Positions 28,880-42,877 of a DNA stretch of 64,000 nucleotides are shown here, piece by piece; the stretch's first letter is position 1, and the number at the start of each line of letters is the position of its first letter. Source of the DNA: Eledone cirrhosa (taxonomy: Eukaryota); the NCBI GenBank assembly GCA_964016885.1, contig OZ024753.1, positions 10,726,001-10,790,000 on the forward strand, given 5' to 3'. A program made the position numbers and the translations under genes. The notes under the pieces were generated by a model. The model searched no databases and had not been told where the DNA came from. It worked only from the letters and a program-made list of their open reading frames with translations.

Positions 28880-29000
28880 TTTCTTCCGATGAAGGACTAG
28901 CGTCTGAAACGTTAAGACCCTCTTCCTGGTATATCAAGCGTTAACCTAATATATCTCTTCCATATACTGTACTGATTGTGTTGTTATTTCTGTTTACCTT
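28880..29000 (+). mobile_element. Degenerate hammerhead-type element (downstream part also at about 27110-27185)
   Basis: TCTT-CCGATGA-AGGAC-TAGC-GTCT-GAAACGTT-AAGA; U4 is changed to C in the core. Confidence 0.5.
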
Positions 29001-29014
29001 TTACATACATATAC

Positions 29015-29213
<199 letters not shown>

Positions 29214-29215
29214 TA

Positions 29216-30021
29216 CATGATGTCTGCAAACTCGAGTTCGAGCATTGCCATCGCCCGATAAAATGCTTAAAAATTTGAAGCACGAATGTGGCTCTTCAAA
29301 CCAGCCAAAGTCTGGCACCCTCTGGCACATATATGGCAACTGCATGCTCCTCCAGGACTTTCCATTGCTTTGTTCTGGCTGTGTGTTCTCATGTGTATGT
29401 TAAGAGCTCCCATGTTAGCACATTCCTTGCCTCATTCCTTACACCTTAATCTTCATCTATATTCTTAGTTTCTTCTTTTAGACATTTCATCTACATTCGC
29501 ACAGGCTATCGTGCAATGCCTGTGCGTGAAGATTTTTTTTTAAAGTGAGGAAAGACTGCGCACTGAGCCAATCCCACTCTCTGAGCGACAGTAGCTATAA
29601 CCCGAAAAGAAGAAAAGATCAACATCATCGGTAACTACTGAGCCGCAGGTTTTATGTCGGAGTTATCCCACATCCTGAGTTGCCTTCTCCTAGAAGAATG
29701 CCCTGACAAAGGTAAGGGGTCCTTCACTCCCATCAGTTTAACCGCGCGATCGGGTATCCAGCCCGATTATTTCTATGTCCCCGCGCATATATTTACACAT
29801 GTATATATGCATATACATGCATATGTATATACATATTTACACATTTTTGGATAGCCGTTGACTCTTATGAGTTCTTTCGCCTTTTGTCAGATTTTGTTTT
29901 TTGTCCTGCAGGGTGTCCAAATGACCCTCCTCACCAAGTAAACTTGGTGAGGTTGCCGGTTTAGTCGCCGACTACCCGACCATGCGACAGGTTGTACTGG
30001 GTTACATGTTACCAGTAGCAC
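29216..30021 (-). mobile_element. Bipartite RTE element, subfamily D, retaining two zinc-finger remnants
   Basis: Minus-strand translation CKE*GKECANMGALNIHMRTH...CHICARGCQTLAGLKSHIR lies between the 5'UTR part and the 3' hairpin ctcgaactcgag. Confidence 0.68.
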
Positions 30022-30986
30022 TCATATATACATAAATATACATATATATACAAGGAAGAATCCAAGAATGCATATGAAGTTTCTTAAGAAGGAAACTTAA
30101 ATGTATATGAAGTGTCTAAAACTAAGAATGTAAATCAAATTTCTAAAGAAAGAAACTAAGAATGATACTACATAAGTTAAAGCGATATCGATCTAGTTAA
30201 CACTGATCAACAGCTAATCTTTGATTACGATGATGATATCGAAAAAAATATAATAAATTCGTTCAAAACTTAAGATAATAGCTAAAACAAGAGGGGTGTA
30301 ATATTCACCCTGATGAGAGATCTCAAAAGATTCTCGTTAATACCATCATGTGTGACAGGAGCAAGAACAAAACACAGGGGTATCGTGAAGGGAAAGAGAA
30401 ATATATCGTTTATCAACTTAAATAATAAAAGAAATTACGCTATTTTTTGGAGGGGTTGTATCACATTAGAATGTCAGGCATGACAGAAGCTAAACAAAAC
30501 TAACGTTTAAATAATTATTTCTGACATTATGGAAGGAAATAAAGGTTGACTTTGCCTTTCATCCTTCCGGGGTCGATAAAATAGAGTACCAGTAATGCAC
30601 TGGGTTATTGCTGGCCTTGTGCCTAAAGTAGAAACAATTATGGAAAGAAATAAACAGAAAATGTTTCAATAAAACTGGTCAACATAAAATAAAGCTTTAC
30701 TTTACCTCCGTAAAATTAATAAAATCCAGGTTCTTAGCGTTTTTTATTCACGTTGGAAAATATGAAGTTCTTCTTTTCTAAACAGAGTTAACCGAAGTAC
30801 GCATGTGCAATAAAGGTAGACAGCAATGCGCATGCGCAAAGTATTTATATGAAGTCGTTAGGATTTACAATCGTGAGTTCGATTCTCAGCCCAGGCTTTC
30901 CGTTGAGTTCGCAAGATTTTTGATATGAAATCGTGTGTCGAAACAAATATTGTTATACTTTTGGAGAGTCATATTGTAATAATAAT

Positions 30987-31302
30987 TGTTTCTACTTTTG
31001 GCACAAGGCCAGCAATTACCCAGTATATTACTGGTACTTTATTTTATCGACCCCGTAAGGATGAAAGGCAAAGTTAACCTCGGCGGGATTTGAACTCAGA
31101 ATGGCAACGGCCGTAACTCTATGCGTCAAAGCATGGCGTCCGACCCTCTACCGATACTGCCAATCCACCGCCCTTTTGTATTGTAATAATAATATTGCCA
31201 GAAATATTAATTGTTTCTAGTTTTGGCACAAGGCCAGCAAATAATCAGTGTATTACTGGTACTTTATTTTATCAAGCCCATAAGGATGAAAGGCAAAGTT
31301 AA
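30987..31302 (-). mobile_element. Two SINE family 1 copies (full 30987-31173, truncated 31210-31302) with TSDs
   Basis: TSD tattgtaataataat at 30972-30986 and 31179-31193; atattaat flanks the second copy. Confidence 0.8.
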
Positions 31303-31504
31303 ATATTAATAATGACAGAACACACTCACAGTTTGGTTGGTTTTCGCTTCTGTATCTTTTATATCTCCATAGTTAATTTATTTGGCAATCAATGTTTATC
31401 ATTGATTGACCAACGGTTAAAAATATTGGAATGCGAAAATAAATAACAACAATACGGCAAACAACAATAATAACGAAAGTAGTAATATAAACAATATTTT
31501 TATC

Positions 31505-31907
31505 CTTAGGATTAACTTTCGGCTGGTGGAATCTCAGGTTACAAAGAACCATGTCATGGTCGAAGAGAAGGGTTTTTTTTCTACTGTAATATTATGTATA
31601 GCGTTAGTGTGGTTACTAAACACTAGGTCCAGAATGTTCTGATGCCTTGTTGGTGCAAGGACAAGTTGGAACAAGAAAAACTCATTCATAAAGTCGAGAA
31701 GTGACTCGACTGATTCTTTGTTGACGTTGAGGTTGGAGTGCCTGGTTTCAAACTGTTTGTAGACCAATCAACAAAGGTAGATTAAAGTCTCCCATCAAAA
31801 GTGTGTTACGAGAATGGCACTGTTGAATAAAGCACTTAATGCTGTTGAGGCATTCTTTGAAGCACATTATGGGTGTTTGGCGTGGCCTATAGATCCCAAC
31901 TAATATC
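31505..31907 (-). mobile_element. LINE AP-endonuclease fragment (inverted 5' part of the neighbouring LINE)
   Basis: Minus strand reads GIYRP...LLMGDFNLP, then QLVLAPTRHQNILDLVFSN. Confidence 0.8.
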
Positions 31908-31909
31908 AG

Positions 31910-33405
31910 GTCATTGGCTTAAAAGTAAGTGCAGTATCCTCCAAAACAGAAAAACTATTATCAGAAAAATAAAAAGAACAAGCAAAAAAATTAACACACT
32001 AAAATACTGCCAACAGCAACACACACATTCGACGGCCATCGCCCTGCTTGAATCAAATAAATATAACCTCCAACAATGCATGAAGACTATCATCAATAAC
32101 CAAAGAACAGCTGAAGAGAAGTGGGCCATTGAGAAAATCAAACTCAACCCCAAAGTGTTCTTTTCTTGCTAAAAAACTCAAGGTCACTGTCTCCACTGTT
32201 GGCCCTATAGTTGATGAAAATGGCACACTCCAAGATAATGGCCAAACCATGGGCCAGATACTGCAGAAACAATACTGCTCTGTTTTCAGCAATCCTGATA
32301 TGGCCGATCTGGGCTGTATCAGTGATGTTGATCCCCAACACACTATATCAGATATAACGTTTGGTGCCCCTGATGTCTTAGCAGCAATAAACGAAATTAA
32401 ACGCAATTCAGCAGTAGGCCCCATATGTTCCCTGCTTGTGTCCTGAAGGTGTGTCGACACCAACTTGCATCTCCTCCGGTTAATCTGTGGAAGAACTGAC
32501 TTGATACTGGCTATATTCCTGAAAACTTTCTGTCCCAGTTTTCAAAAAGGGAAATAAGTCCCTTGCAGTGAAATACCGTCCGATCTCTCACCTCTCATAT
32601 TATCAAGGTATCTGAGAGGGTGGTGAGATCACGAATAACCAACTTTCTCGAAAGCAACGGCCTGTTGAACTCCGACCAATATGGGTTCCGTAATGGAAGG
32701 GACTGTCTCACGCAGCTCCTGCATCACTTTCATGATGTTTTGAGAGCTTTGGGAGAGGGCTCCAATACTGATGTCATCTACCTCGATTTCAACAAGGCCT
32801 TTGAAAGGGTTGATCATAAGATTCTACTGAAAAAACTATCCAATGTTGGTGTCTCTGGACAGTTACTACAGTGGATCAAATGTTGCCTGACAGACAGAAC
32901 CCAACGTGTTGTAGTCGAAGGAGTTAAATCAAGCCCAGCCAAAGTCAGCAGTGGCGTCCCACAAGGCACTGTGTTGGGCCTACTTCTTTTCATCATCTAC
33001 ATTAATGACATTACTGACATCATCAAGCACAGCAACATAAGAATCTTCGCAGATGATTCCAAGCTCCAAAGGGTCATCAATGAGGTGGGTGACCGGACTT
33101 GCCTTCAGTCAGACCTACTGGCTGTTATCCAATGGGCAGAAAAGAACAATATGCTGTTGAATGAGGATAAGTTCGAGTTAAGCCATTTGGGAAAAAAAGG
33201 ATGCCCTGAAACTCCCATACTCTCTTCCTTCAGGTGAAACTCTCATGTTATCCAACAACATCAGAGACTTGGGAGTAATTGTGGGTCAGTCATATAAACA
33301 GCAAAGTTGACATGGCCCGCAGAATGTGTTCCTGGATTCTCAGAACCTTCCAGTCGTTATCCTTCTCTTCTCCACTTGTGCCCGACCCCACATTGATGTA
33401 GCTGT
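31910..33405 (+). mobile_element. Degraded CR1/L2-type LINE reverse transcriptase
   Basis: QYGFR, DVIYLDFNKAF, SGVPQGTVLG, FADD and RDLGVIV motifs, with frameshifts and stops. Confidence 0.9.
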
Positions 33406-34602
33406 ATATAGAGGTTTCTTCGAAGAAAAAAACGAAAGGTACTTTCCTGTATAGAGAAGAAAGTTTATACATTTTTCTTAGTAGAAAGTATATAACTTAA
33501 ATCAAATTAAGAACAAAGGGGGTTAAGACGGATTCAGCCAAATAAGTTAAACTGGGCTTAGCTAAAAATTGACTCCAACAGTTTTTCATTTGAGAATAAA
33601 AAGAAAAAAAGAGATAAAATGTTCAACATAAAGTGAATTTTTATTATTATAATTATATTATGATAGTGGTGATGGTGATGATGATGGTAGTTGTGATGAT
33701 GATAATGACATTGGCGATGTTGATGTCTTGTTGTTGTTGTTGTTGCTACTGTTCCTGTTTTGTTTTTAACTCATTAATGCATTCTGTGCTAGAAATAGGA
33801 CAATCACATAATTACTTAATACAAAGTATTTATTTCAATTTTAAATAATATTCACATATTTTAACTTTTCATGAAGCCAATCTAATGTTTAACCATCGTC
33901 CTTTAATGGCATCCACACTATTGTTGTTTAATTGTCATTAATAGTAAAATGAAAATTAAACTTGATGCATTAATGGGTTAATGTCGTGGCTGTTGTTGAT
34001 GTTTTGAAATATAGAAGCATAGAAATATATAAAAAGACTCTCTGGCATTTCACACTCTTCCTAAAGTCACAGACCATGTGAATGTCAGGAATATACGACC
34101 TTTGACACCTTGTAATAAATATGATTACAAAATAACAATAAAAATGTAAATTTAATATAACAGTGCATGTGTATTTTATAACTCTAGTGCAGCAATGCAA
34201 TACTGTCTCTTTCAAAAACTTTTTAAAATCTATATTGTTTCTTTAACTCAGCTGTGTTACATTCGAAAATTATCTTAAAAGCACAGCATTAAAAAATACT
34301 TTTAATTCATCTGTATTAGTTTCTTCTTGCAGTAAATTGCATTGATTTTATCGTGACAAATGGCATTAGTTATGTCTTTTATGCCTGGTAAATTATAGCT
34401 GACAATAATTCCATCTGTTTTTCTCATATACATTATTTTGGGCGCAACCATGTTACATAGCAATACATCATTAGTTATATATGCCTAAAGCATTATTGTT
34501 TTAGTTTCTATCGTCCATGCACACAGATTTATATATTACTCGATCAGTAATAGGTATTTACATACCAGCCGGGCCAATAGATGTACCATAATAGTATATA
34601 AT

Positions 34603-35007
34603 GGTTTCTTATATAGGCACAAGGCCAGCAATTTTGGGAGAGGGAAAAGTCGATTAAATCGACCCCAGTGCGTGACTGGTACTTTATTTTATCGACCCCG
34701 TAAGGATGAAAGGCAAAGTTAACCTCGGCGGGATTTGAACTCAGATCATAAAAGGCCGTAACTCTATGCTGAAAAGCTTGGCGTCCGGCGCTCTACCGAT
34801 ACTGCCAATCCACTGCCCTTATATAATAATTGTTTCTACTTTTGGCACAAGGCCAGCAATTAACCCAGTGTATTACTGGTACTTTATTTTATCGACCCCA
34901 TAAGGATGAAAGGCAAAGTTAACCTCGGCGGGATTTGAACGCAGACCATAAAGGGCCGTAACTCTTTGCTGCAAAGCATGTTGTCCGACCCTCTACCGAT
35001 ACTGCCC
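34603..35007 (-). mobile_element. Two tandem SINE family 1 copies
   Basis: Long form with gtcgattaaatcgac at 34603-34818; short form at 34829-35007. Confidence 0.8.
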
Positions 35008-35299
35008 GCCAAGTGTGGGTTGCAAATTTCTACCACGTTGGGATTTTTAAGTTTCATCAATCTCAGCTTAAATAAAACTCCCCAAATTTACCCCCCAAAA
35101 TGTTTGTTCCTCATTTAGTTCCTTTATCATTCTGGTGTAGGTAAAAACTGCCGTCTTTTGAAGTTTATTTTAAAAGATAGTTTGGGAAATATCAATTTAC
35201 ATCAAAACACCCAAAGGAAACCCTCACTCTCAACATTATGATTTTATATATCTTGCAGAAAACCCTAAATATTTATAAGGAGGAGAATATTAGCTAGAG

Positions 35300-35860
35300 T
35301 GGGGTTAGTACTTGTCTAATAATATTGGCTGGAGTGGAGATTAGTACTTGTCTAATATTGTCTGGAGTGGAGGGTAGTACTTGTCTAATATTGACTGGAG
35401 TATAGGGTAGTATATGTCTAATATTGGCTGGAGTGGAGGGTAGTACTTGTCTAATATTGGCTGGAGTGGAGGGTAGTACTTGTCTAATATTGACTGGAGT
35501 ATAGGGTAGTATATGTCTAATATTGGCTGGAGTGGAGGGTAGTACTTGTCTAATATTGGCTGGAGTGTAGGGTAGTATATGTCTAATATTGGCTGGAGTG
35601 TAGGGTAGTATATGTCTAATATTGGCTGGAGTGGAGGGTAGTATATGTCTAATATTGGCTGGAGTGGAGGGTAGTATATGTCTAATATTAGAAGCTAAAG
35701 TGGGGCTTAGTATATATATCTAATATTATTAGCTTGAGTGGAGGTTATTATATGTATAATATTGGCTTGAGTGGAGGTTATTATATGTATAATATTGGCT
35801 TGAGTGGAGGTTATTATATGTATAATATTGGCTTGAGTGGAGGTTAGTATATGTTTAATA
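35300..35860. repeat. 33-bp minisatellite
   Basis: Unit tagtacttgtctaatattggctggagtggaggg. Confidence 0.9.
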
Positions 35861-35949
35861 CTTATTTCATCAGTAAAGCAGTCCAGGGAATAACTCTGAG
35901 ATCAAATCCCGCTAAGGCTATAACTCTTGCAAAGTATGGCATCTGACCC

Positions 35950-36430
35950 TCTACCAATACACCGTTCTACCAATACTACCACTACACCGTTCTACCAATA
36001 CTACCACTACACCGTTCTACCAATACTACCACTACACCGTTCTACCAATACTACCACTACACCGTTCTACCAATACTACCACTACACCGTTCTACCAACA
36101 CTACCACTACACCGTTCTACCAATACTACCAATACACCATTCTACCAATACTACCACTACACCGTTCTACCAATACTACCACTACACCGTTCTACCAACA
36201 CTACCACTACACCGTTCTACCAACACTACCACTACACCGTTCTACCAATACTACCAATACACCGTTCTACCAATACTACCACTACACCGTTCTACCAATA
36301 CTACCACTACACCGTTCTACCAACACTACCACTACACCGTTCTACCAATACTACCAATACACCGTTCTACCAATACTATCAATACACAGTTCTACCAATA
36401 CTATCAATCTACCGTTCTACAAATACTGCC
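35950..36430. repeat. 25-bp minisatellite derived from the SINE head
   Basis: Unit ctaccaatactaccactacaccgtt, preceded by the SINE remnant gcaaagtatggcatctgaccct. Confidence 0.88.
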
Positions 36431-36441
36431 AGTCCCCAAAA

Positions 36442-36633
36442 TAATTGTTTCTACTTTTGGCACAAGGCCAGCAATTACCCCAGTACATTACTGGTACTTT
36501 ATTTTATCGACCCCCGTAAGGATGAAAGGCAAAGTTAACCTCGACGGGATTTGAACTCAGACCGTAAAGGGACGTAACTATGCTGGAAAGCATGGCGTCC
36601 GACCCCCTACCGAAACTGCCAATCTACCGCCCT
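36442..36633 (-). mobile_element. SINE family 1 whose head seeds the 45-bp array
   Basis: Consensus match running directly into the array. Confidence 0.8.
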
Positions 36634-38341
36634 AGCATGGCGTCCGACCCTCTACCGAAACTGCCAATCCACAGCCCTAGCATGGCGTCCGACCCCCTAT
36701 CGAAACTGCCAATCCACAGCCCTAGCATGGCGTCCGACCCTCTACCGAAACTGCCAATCCACAGCCCTAGCATGGCGTCCGACCCTCTACCGAAACTGCC
36801 AATCCACAGCCCTAGCATGGCGTCCGACCCTCTACCGAAACTGCCAATCCACAGCCCTAGCATGGCGTCCGACCCTCTACCGAAACTGCCAATCCACAGC
36901 CCTAGCATGGCGTCCGACCCTCTACCGAAACTGCCAATCCACAGCCCTAGCATGGCGTCCGACCCTCTACCGAAACTGCCAATCCACAGCCCTAGCATGG
37001 CGTCCGACCCTCTACCGAAACTGCCAATCCACAGCCCTAGCATGGCGTCCGACCCTCTACCGAAACTGCCAATCCACAGCCCTAGCATGGCGTCCGACCC
37101 TCTACCGAAACTGCCAATCCACAGCCCTAGCATGGCGTCCGACCCTCTACCGAAACTGCCAATCCACAGCCCTAGCATGGCGTCCGACCCTCTACCGAAA
37201 CTGCCAATCCACAGCCCTAGCATGGCGTCCGACCCTCTACCGAAACTGCCAATCCACAGCCCTAGCATGGCGTCCGACCCTCTACCGAAACTGCCAATCC
37301 ACAGCCCTAGCATGGCGTCCGACCCTCTACCGAAACTGCCAATCCACAGCCCTAGCATGGCGTCCGACCCCCTATCGAAACTGCCAATCCACAGCCCTAG
37401 CATGGCGTCCGACCCTCTACCGAAACTGCCAATCCACAGCCCTAGCATGGCGTCCGACCCCCTATCGAAACTGCCAATCCACAGCCCTAGCATGGCGTCC
37501 GACCCTCTACCGAAACTGCCAATCCACAGCCCTAGCATGGCGTCCGACCCCCTATCGAAACTGCCAATCCACCGCTCTAGCATGGCGTCCGACCGTCTAC
37601 CGAAACTGCCAATCTACCGCCCTAGCATGGCGTCCGACCCTCTACCGAAACTGCCAATCCACCGCCCTAGCATGGCGTCCGACCCTCTACCGAAACTGCC
37701 AATCCACAGCCCTAGCATGGCGTCCGGCCCCCTATCGAAACTGCCAATCCACAGCCCTAGCATGGCGTCCGACCCTCTACCGAAACTGCCAATCTACAGC
37801 CCTAGCATGGCGTCCGACCGTCTACCGAAACTGCCAATCTACCGCCCTAGCATGGCGTCCGACCCTCTACCGAAACTGCCAATCCACCGCTCTAGCATCG
37901 CGTCCGACCGTCTACCGAAACTGCCAATCTACCGCCCTAGCATGGCGTCCGACCCTCTACCGAAACTGCCAATCCACCGCCCTAGCATGGCGTCCGACCC
38001 TCTACCGAAACTGCCAATCCACCGCCCTAGCATGGCGTCCGACCCTCTACCGATACTGCCAATCTACAGCCCTAGCATGGCGTCCGACCCTCTACCGATA
38101 CTGCCAATCTACAGCCCTAGCATGGCGTCCGACCCTCTACCGAAACTGCCAATCTACGGCCCTAGCATAGCGTCCGACCCTCTACCGAAACTGCCAATCT
38201 ACGGCCCTAGCATGGCGTCCGACCCTCTACCGATACTGCCAATCTACCGCCCTAGCATGGCGTCCGACCCTCTACCGAAACTGCCAATCTACCGCCCTAG
38301 CATGGCGTCCGACCCTCTACCGAAACTGCCAATCTACCGCC
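36589..38341. repeat. 45-bp tandem repeat, about 39 copies, derived from the SINE 5' head
   Basis: Unit cctagcatggcgtccgaccctctaccgaaactgccaatccacagc is the reverse complement of the first about 45 nt of SINE family 1. Confidence 0.95.
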
Positions 38342-38586
38342 GTGTCGTTAGAAGAAGTGGAGAAAAGGTCGAAATATAGAGAACTGGGAATGTATATGAC
38401 GTAGAAAGTAATATATAGAAACAATTACCATAATAACTGGTACCCCGGGAAGGAATTAAAAAATAAAACAGAAACAAGTAAAAAAAAAAAGCATAACCGA
38501 TACCACAAAAACCTTTAAATATATACACAACACCGAGGAATTAGCACTACTACGTTCTGTACATACATTGTAAGGGCCGCCTTTAA

Positions 38587-38724
38587 CCCTTTAGCATTTA
38601 GATTACTCTATATATACTATTGTATTTTCGTGGGAAAAGCTTTTTACAGCCGACTTGAACTGAAAGAGGTGAGAGGGTTGTGGCCGGTTGCGGCCGGATA
38701 TGGCCGGTTTAAATGTTTAAAGGG
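38587..38724 (+). mobile_element. piggyBac-type MITE with TTAA target-site duplication
   Basis: TTAA(38583-6) CCCTTTAGCATTTA ... TAAATGTTTAAAGGG TTAA(38725-8). Confidence 0.72.
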
Positions 38725-38832
38725 TTAATATAGTAGATTATAGGAAAGTAAAAGTAAAACACTGCGTAGAGTAAAGGACCAGAGCTGAGAATGGCTGGTC
38801 AGTGGAAACACAATAGCTACATACTAAATAAT

Positions 38833-39970
38833 AATTGTTTCTACTTTTGGCACAAGGCCAGCAATTATCCCAGTGCATTACTGGTACTTTATTTTATCGA
38901 CCCCGTAAGGATGAAAGGCAAAGTTAACCTCTGCGTGGATTTGAACTCAAATCGTAAAGGGCCGTAACTCTATGCTACAAAGCATGGTGTCTGCACACTC
39001 TACCGATACTGCCAGATTTAGGTACAAGACCAACAAATTTTGCGAGAGGGGAAGTCGATTAAATCGACACAGAGTCATTACTGGTGCCTTATTTTATTGA
39101 CCCCGTAAGGATGAAAGGCAATGTTTACCTCAGCGGGATTTGAACTCAGAATGTAAAGGGCCATAACACTATGCCGTAAAGCCGATACTACCGATACTGC
39201 CAATCTACCTTAATAATAATCGTTTCTACTATAGGCACAAGATCAACAACTTGGGGGAGAAAGGGAAAGTCAATTAAATCGACCCCAGTACATTACTGCT
39301 ACTTTATTTTATCGACCTTAAACGGATCAAAGGCAAAGTTAACCTCGGCGTGATTTGAACTCAAATCATAAAGGGCCGTAACTCTATGTCGTTAAGAATT
39401 TTGTCTGAAGCTCTAACGATTCTGCCAAACCCCCAAATGCTTTCTACTTTTGGCATAACGCCAGAAATTTGGGGGTGTCGGATCGAATACTAGGCTGGTA
39501 CTGTATTTTATCGGGCCCTGAAGGATGAAATGTAAAGTTAACCTCGGCGGGATTTGAACTAAGAACGTAAAGGGCCATAACTCTGTGCTGCAAAGCATGA
39601 TGTCTGACGCTCTACCTATACTGCCAATCCACTGCTCAACAATAATGATTTCTACTATAGCCACAAGGCCAGCCAGCAATTTTTTTGGGGGGGGAGGAGA
39701 AAGTCAATCAAATCGAACCAGTGCGTGACTGGTACTTTATTTTATCAACTCCGAAAGGATGAACTCAGAACGTAAAGGGTCGTAACGCTATGCTGCAAAG
39801 CATGTCGCCCGACCCTCTACCGATTCTGCCAATAATTATAATTATGATAATAATAATAATAATTGTTTTTACTTTTTGGCACAAGGCCAGCAATTACCCC
39901 AGTGCATTACTGGTACTTTATTTTATCGACCCCGTAAGGATGAAAGGCAAAGTTAACCTGGGCGGGATAA
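38833..39970 (-). mobile_element. Cluster of six co-oriented SINE family 1 copies
   Basis: Repeated core and B box blocks about every 200 bp, with independent divergence between copies. Confidence 0.8.
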
Positions 39971-40273
39971 TAATAAATAGCATCAACAGTATCAACAACA
40001 ACAGCAATAATACCATCAACATCAACATCATTTTCAGTGTGTTTTACAGCCAGGGGGGTGGGATTGGGGTCAGAAGTTTTTCATAGGGCCTCAGAGACAG
40101 AAAAAAAAAAAGGGGGAGAAAACTCCCCGGAGTCTCCAAAGTGTTCAATGGCGATTTGTGACAACATTAATAGACATAAGTAAACATACAAACATACAGA
40201 CAGACGACCAGACAGTGTCAGTTGAAAAGATTTGTGAAACAGAAGACATTTTGATTATTATTATTATTATTAA

Positions 40274-40307
<34 letters not shown>

Positions 40308-40779
40308 CTATTGTTTTGTTTGTTTGTTTTCGGAGGTTTTTTTTTTTCATGTATTTTTCTTGCTCCTCAATATTTGGAAAATTATGTACATACATACATA
40401 TATATATATATACATACACACACACACACAAACAGACATGCATATATATATTTACACATATATATATATTTACACACTTATATATATATATATATTTACA
40501 CATATATATATATTTACACACATATATATATATGCATATATATATATATATATTTACATATATGCATATATATATATGCATATATATATATATATATATG
40601 CATATATATATATATATATGCATCTCTGTATACGTATATATATATAATTAGGTGGTGCTATTAAGTTAGACATGGCCGGGACCAATACTGGCCGAAACCT
40701 ATCAAAGTTACATATATATGTATACATACATTTATATATATATATATATACATACATTTATATATATATATATATATAA

Positions 40780-40846
<67 letters not shown>

Positions 40847-41208
40847 TATAGATATAATGAATTGATGTGTGTGTGAGTGTTATCTGTCAGCTTCTACAAG
40901 ATGCTAAACTTCCTCAGGAGTATAACTCCGCAGTAGAAGAGAATTCTATTTTATTTAGTTTTTTTGTAGAGCTCTTCCTTTCTTTTTACATTTAATCATT
41001 TTTTTTTTCATTTTCTTTTCTTTTCACAGAAGAGAGGTTATGTTTGTTTATGGTCTGCAGTAATACATACTTCCATTACACTGAGGCATTTGACATATGC
41101 TTACAATATGCAATGCATATGATTGACATACAATGATGCAATATATATATATATATATATATATAGATAGATATGTGTATGTATATATATATATATATAT
41201 ATATATAG

Positions 41209-41252
<44 letters not shown>

Positions 41253-41361
41253 TTATATATGTGTGTAGAGCTATATATATGTATATCTATATAAATAATA
41301 CACACATATACATGTATATATACATAGATATATGTAATAAATATACATATATATATAATAA

Positions 41362-41401
<40 letters not shown>

Positions 41402-41458
41402 TATATATACATATATATATATACATATACAATATATATACATATACAATATATATAC

Positions 41459-41502
<44 letters not shown>

Positions 41503-41534
41503 TATACATATATATATATATATACATATATATA

Positions 41535-41567
<33 letters not shown>

Positions 41568-41600
41568 ATATATATACATATATATATATATATATAATAT

Positions 41601-41708
<108 letters not shown>

Positions 41709-41862
41709 TACATATATATAATATATATACATATATATATATATATAATATATATACATATATTTATATATAATATATATATATATACTTATATATGTGT
41801 GTAGAGCTATATATATGTATATCTATATAAATAATACACACATATACATGTATATATACATG

Positions 41863-41897
<35 letters not shown>

Positions 41898-41971
41898 TTA
41901 TATATGTGTGTAGAGCTATATATATGTATATCTATATAAATAATACACACATATACATGTATATATACATG

Positions 41972-42014
<43 letters not shown>

Positions 42015-42088
42015 TACATATATATATATAATATATATATATATATATAATATACATACATATATATTCATTTATATATAATATATAA

Positions 42089-42134
<46 letters not shown>

Positions 42135-42165
42135 TACATATATATTCATTTATATATAATATATA

Positions 42166-42280
<115 letters not shown>

Positions 42281-42877
42281 ACACTGACATACTTAACACA
42301 GTCCTATTCTGTTACAGTGACATTTACAATGGTGTCTTCCTACAGATTGTAACTTTGTCAAAACACAGCAAGCAGTGCAAAAATACCTCTGAAGTACTTT
42401 CACAGTCACACTCACAATGGGTCTGTATACATATATATACATATATAACTATATTTTGACCATGTTTCTCTGACCATTGCAATATATCTTCACTCACGAC
42501 CGTGTCGTACGCATTCCAGTGCCATCATAAAGAATAGTCTTATGCAATATGATATTTATATTGCTACTATCTTCATGCATGATTTAAATTTGTTTTAAAA
42601 CATTTGGAGATGATTTGAAAAGGAATGTTCAAGAGTTTTAGCTATCAATTAATATCAAGACTGGCAATTGGTGATATCCGGAATATTTATGTTTCAGAAT
42701 AAATCCCAAATTGATGAAATAGTCACGGAATACAACACTTTGCTTTTCGCCTTTCTTGTGTTTTCTCAAAAACTTTTTTGTGTTTTCTTGCATGTATTCC
42801 CCTCACGTGTCTCATTCTCCTTTTTATTTCACCTCATCTTTTAGCCGTACCTCCACCAACAGAGAGGTATTTTGTGA

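Noticed and set aside
30310-30345. CTGATGA plus a stem as a hammerhead
   Set aside because: It is followed by GTTAA rather than GAAA and has no stem I partner.
36580-38379. 599-aa Pro/Ser-rich ORF and its antisense ORF
   Set aside because: It is a translation of a 45-bp repeat derived from the SINE head; there is no evidence of a gene.
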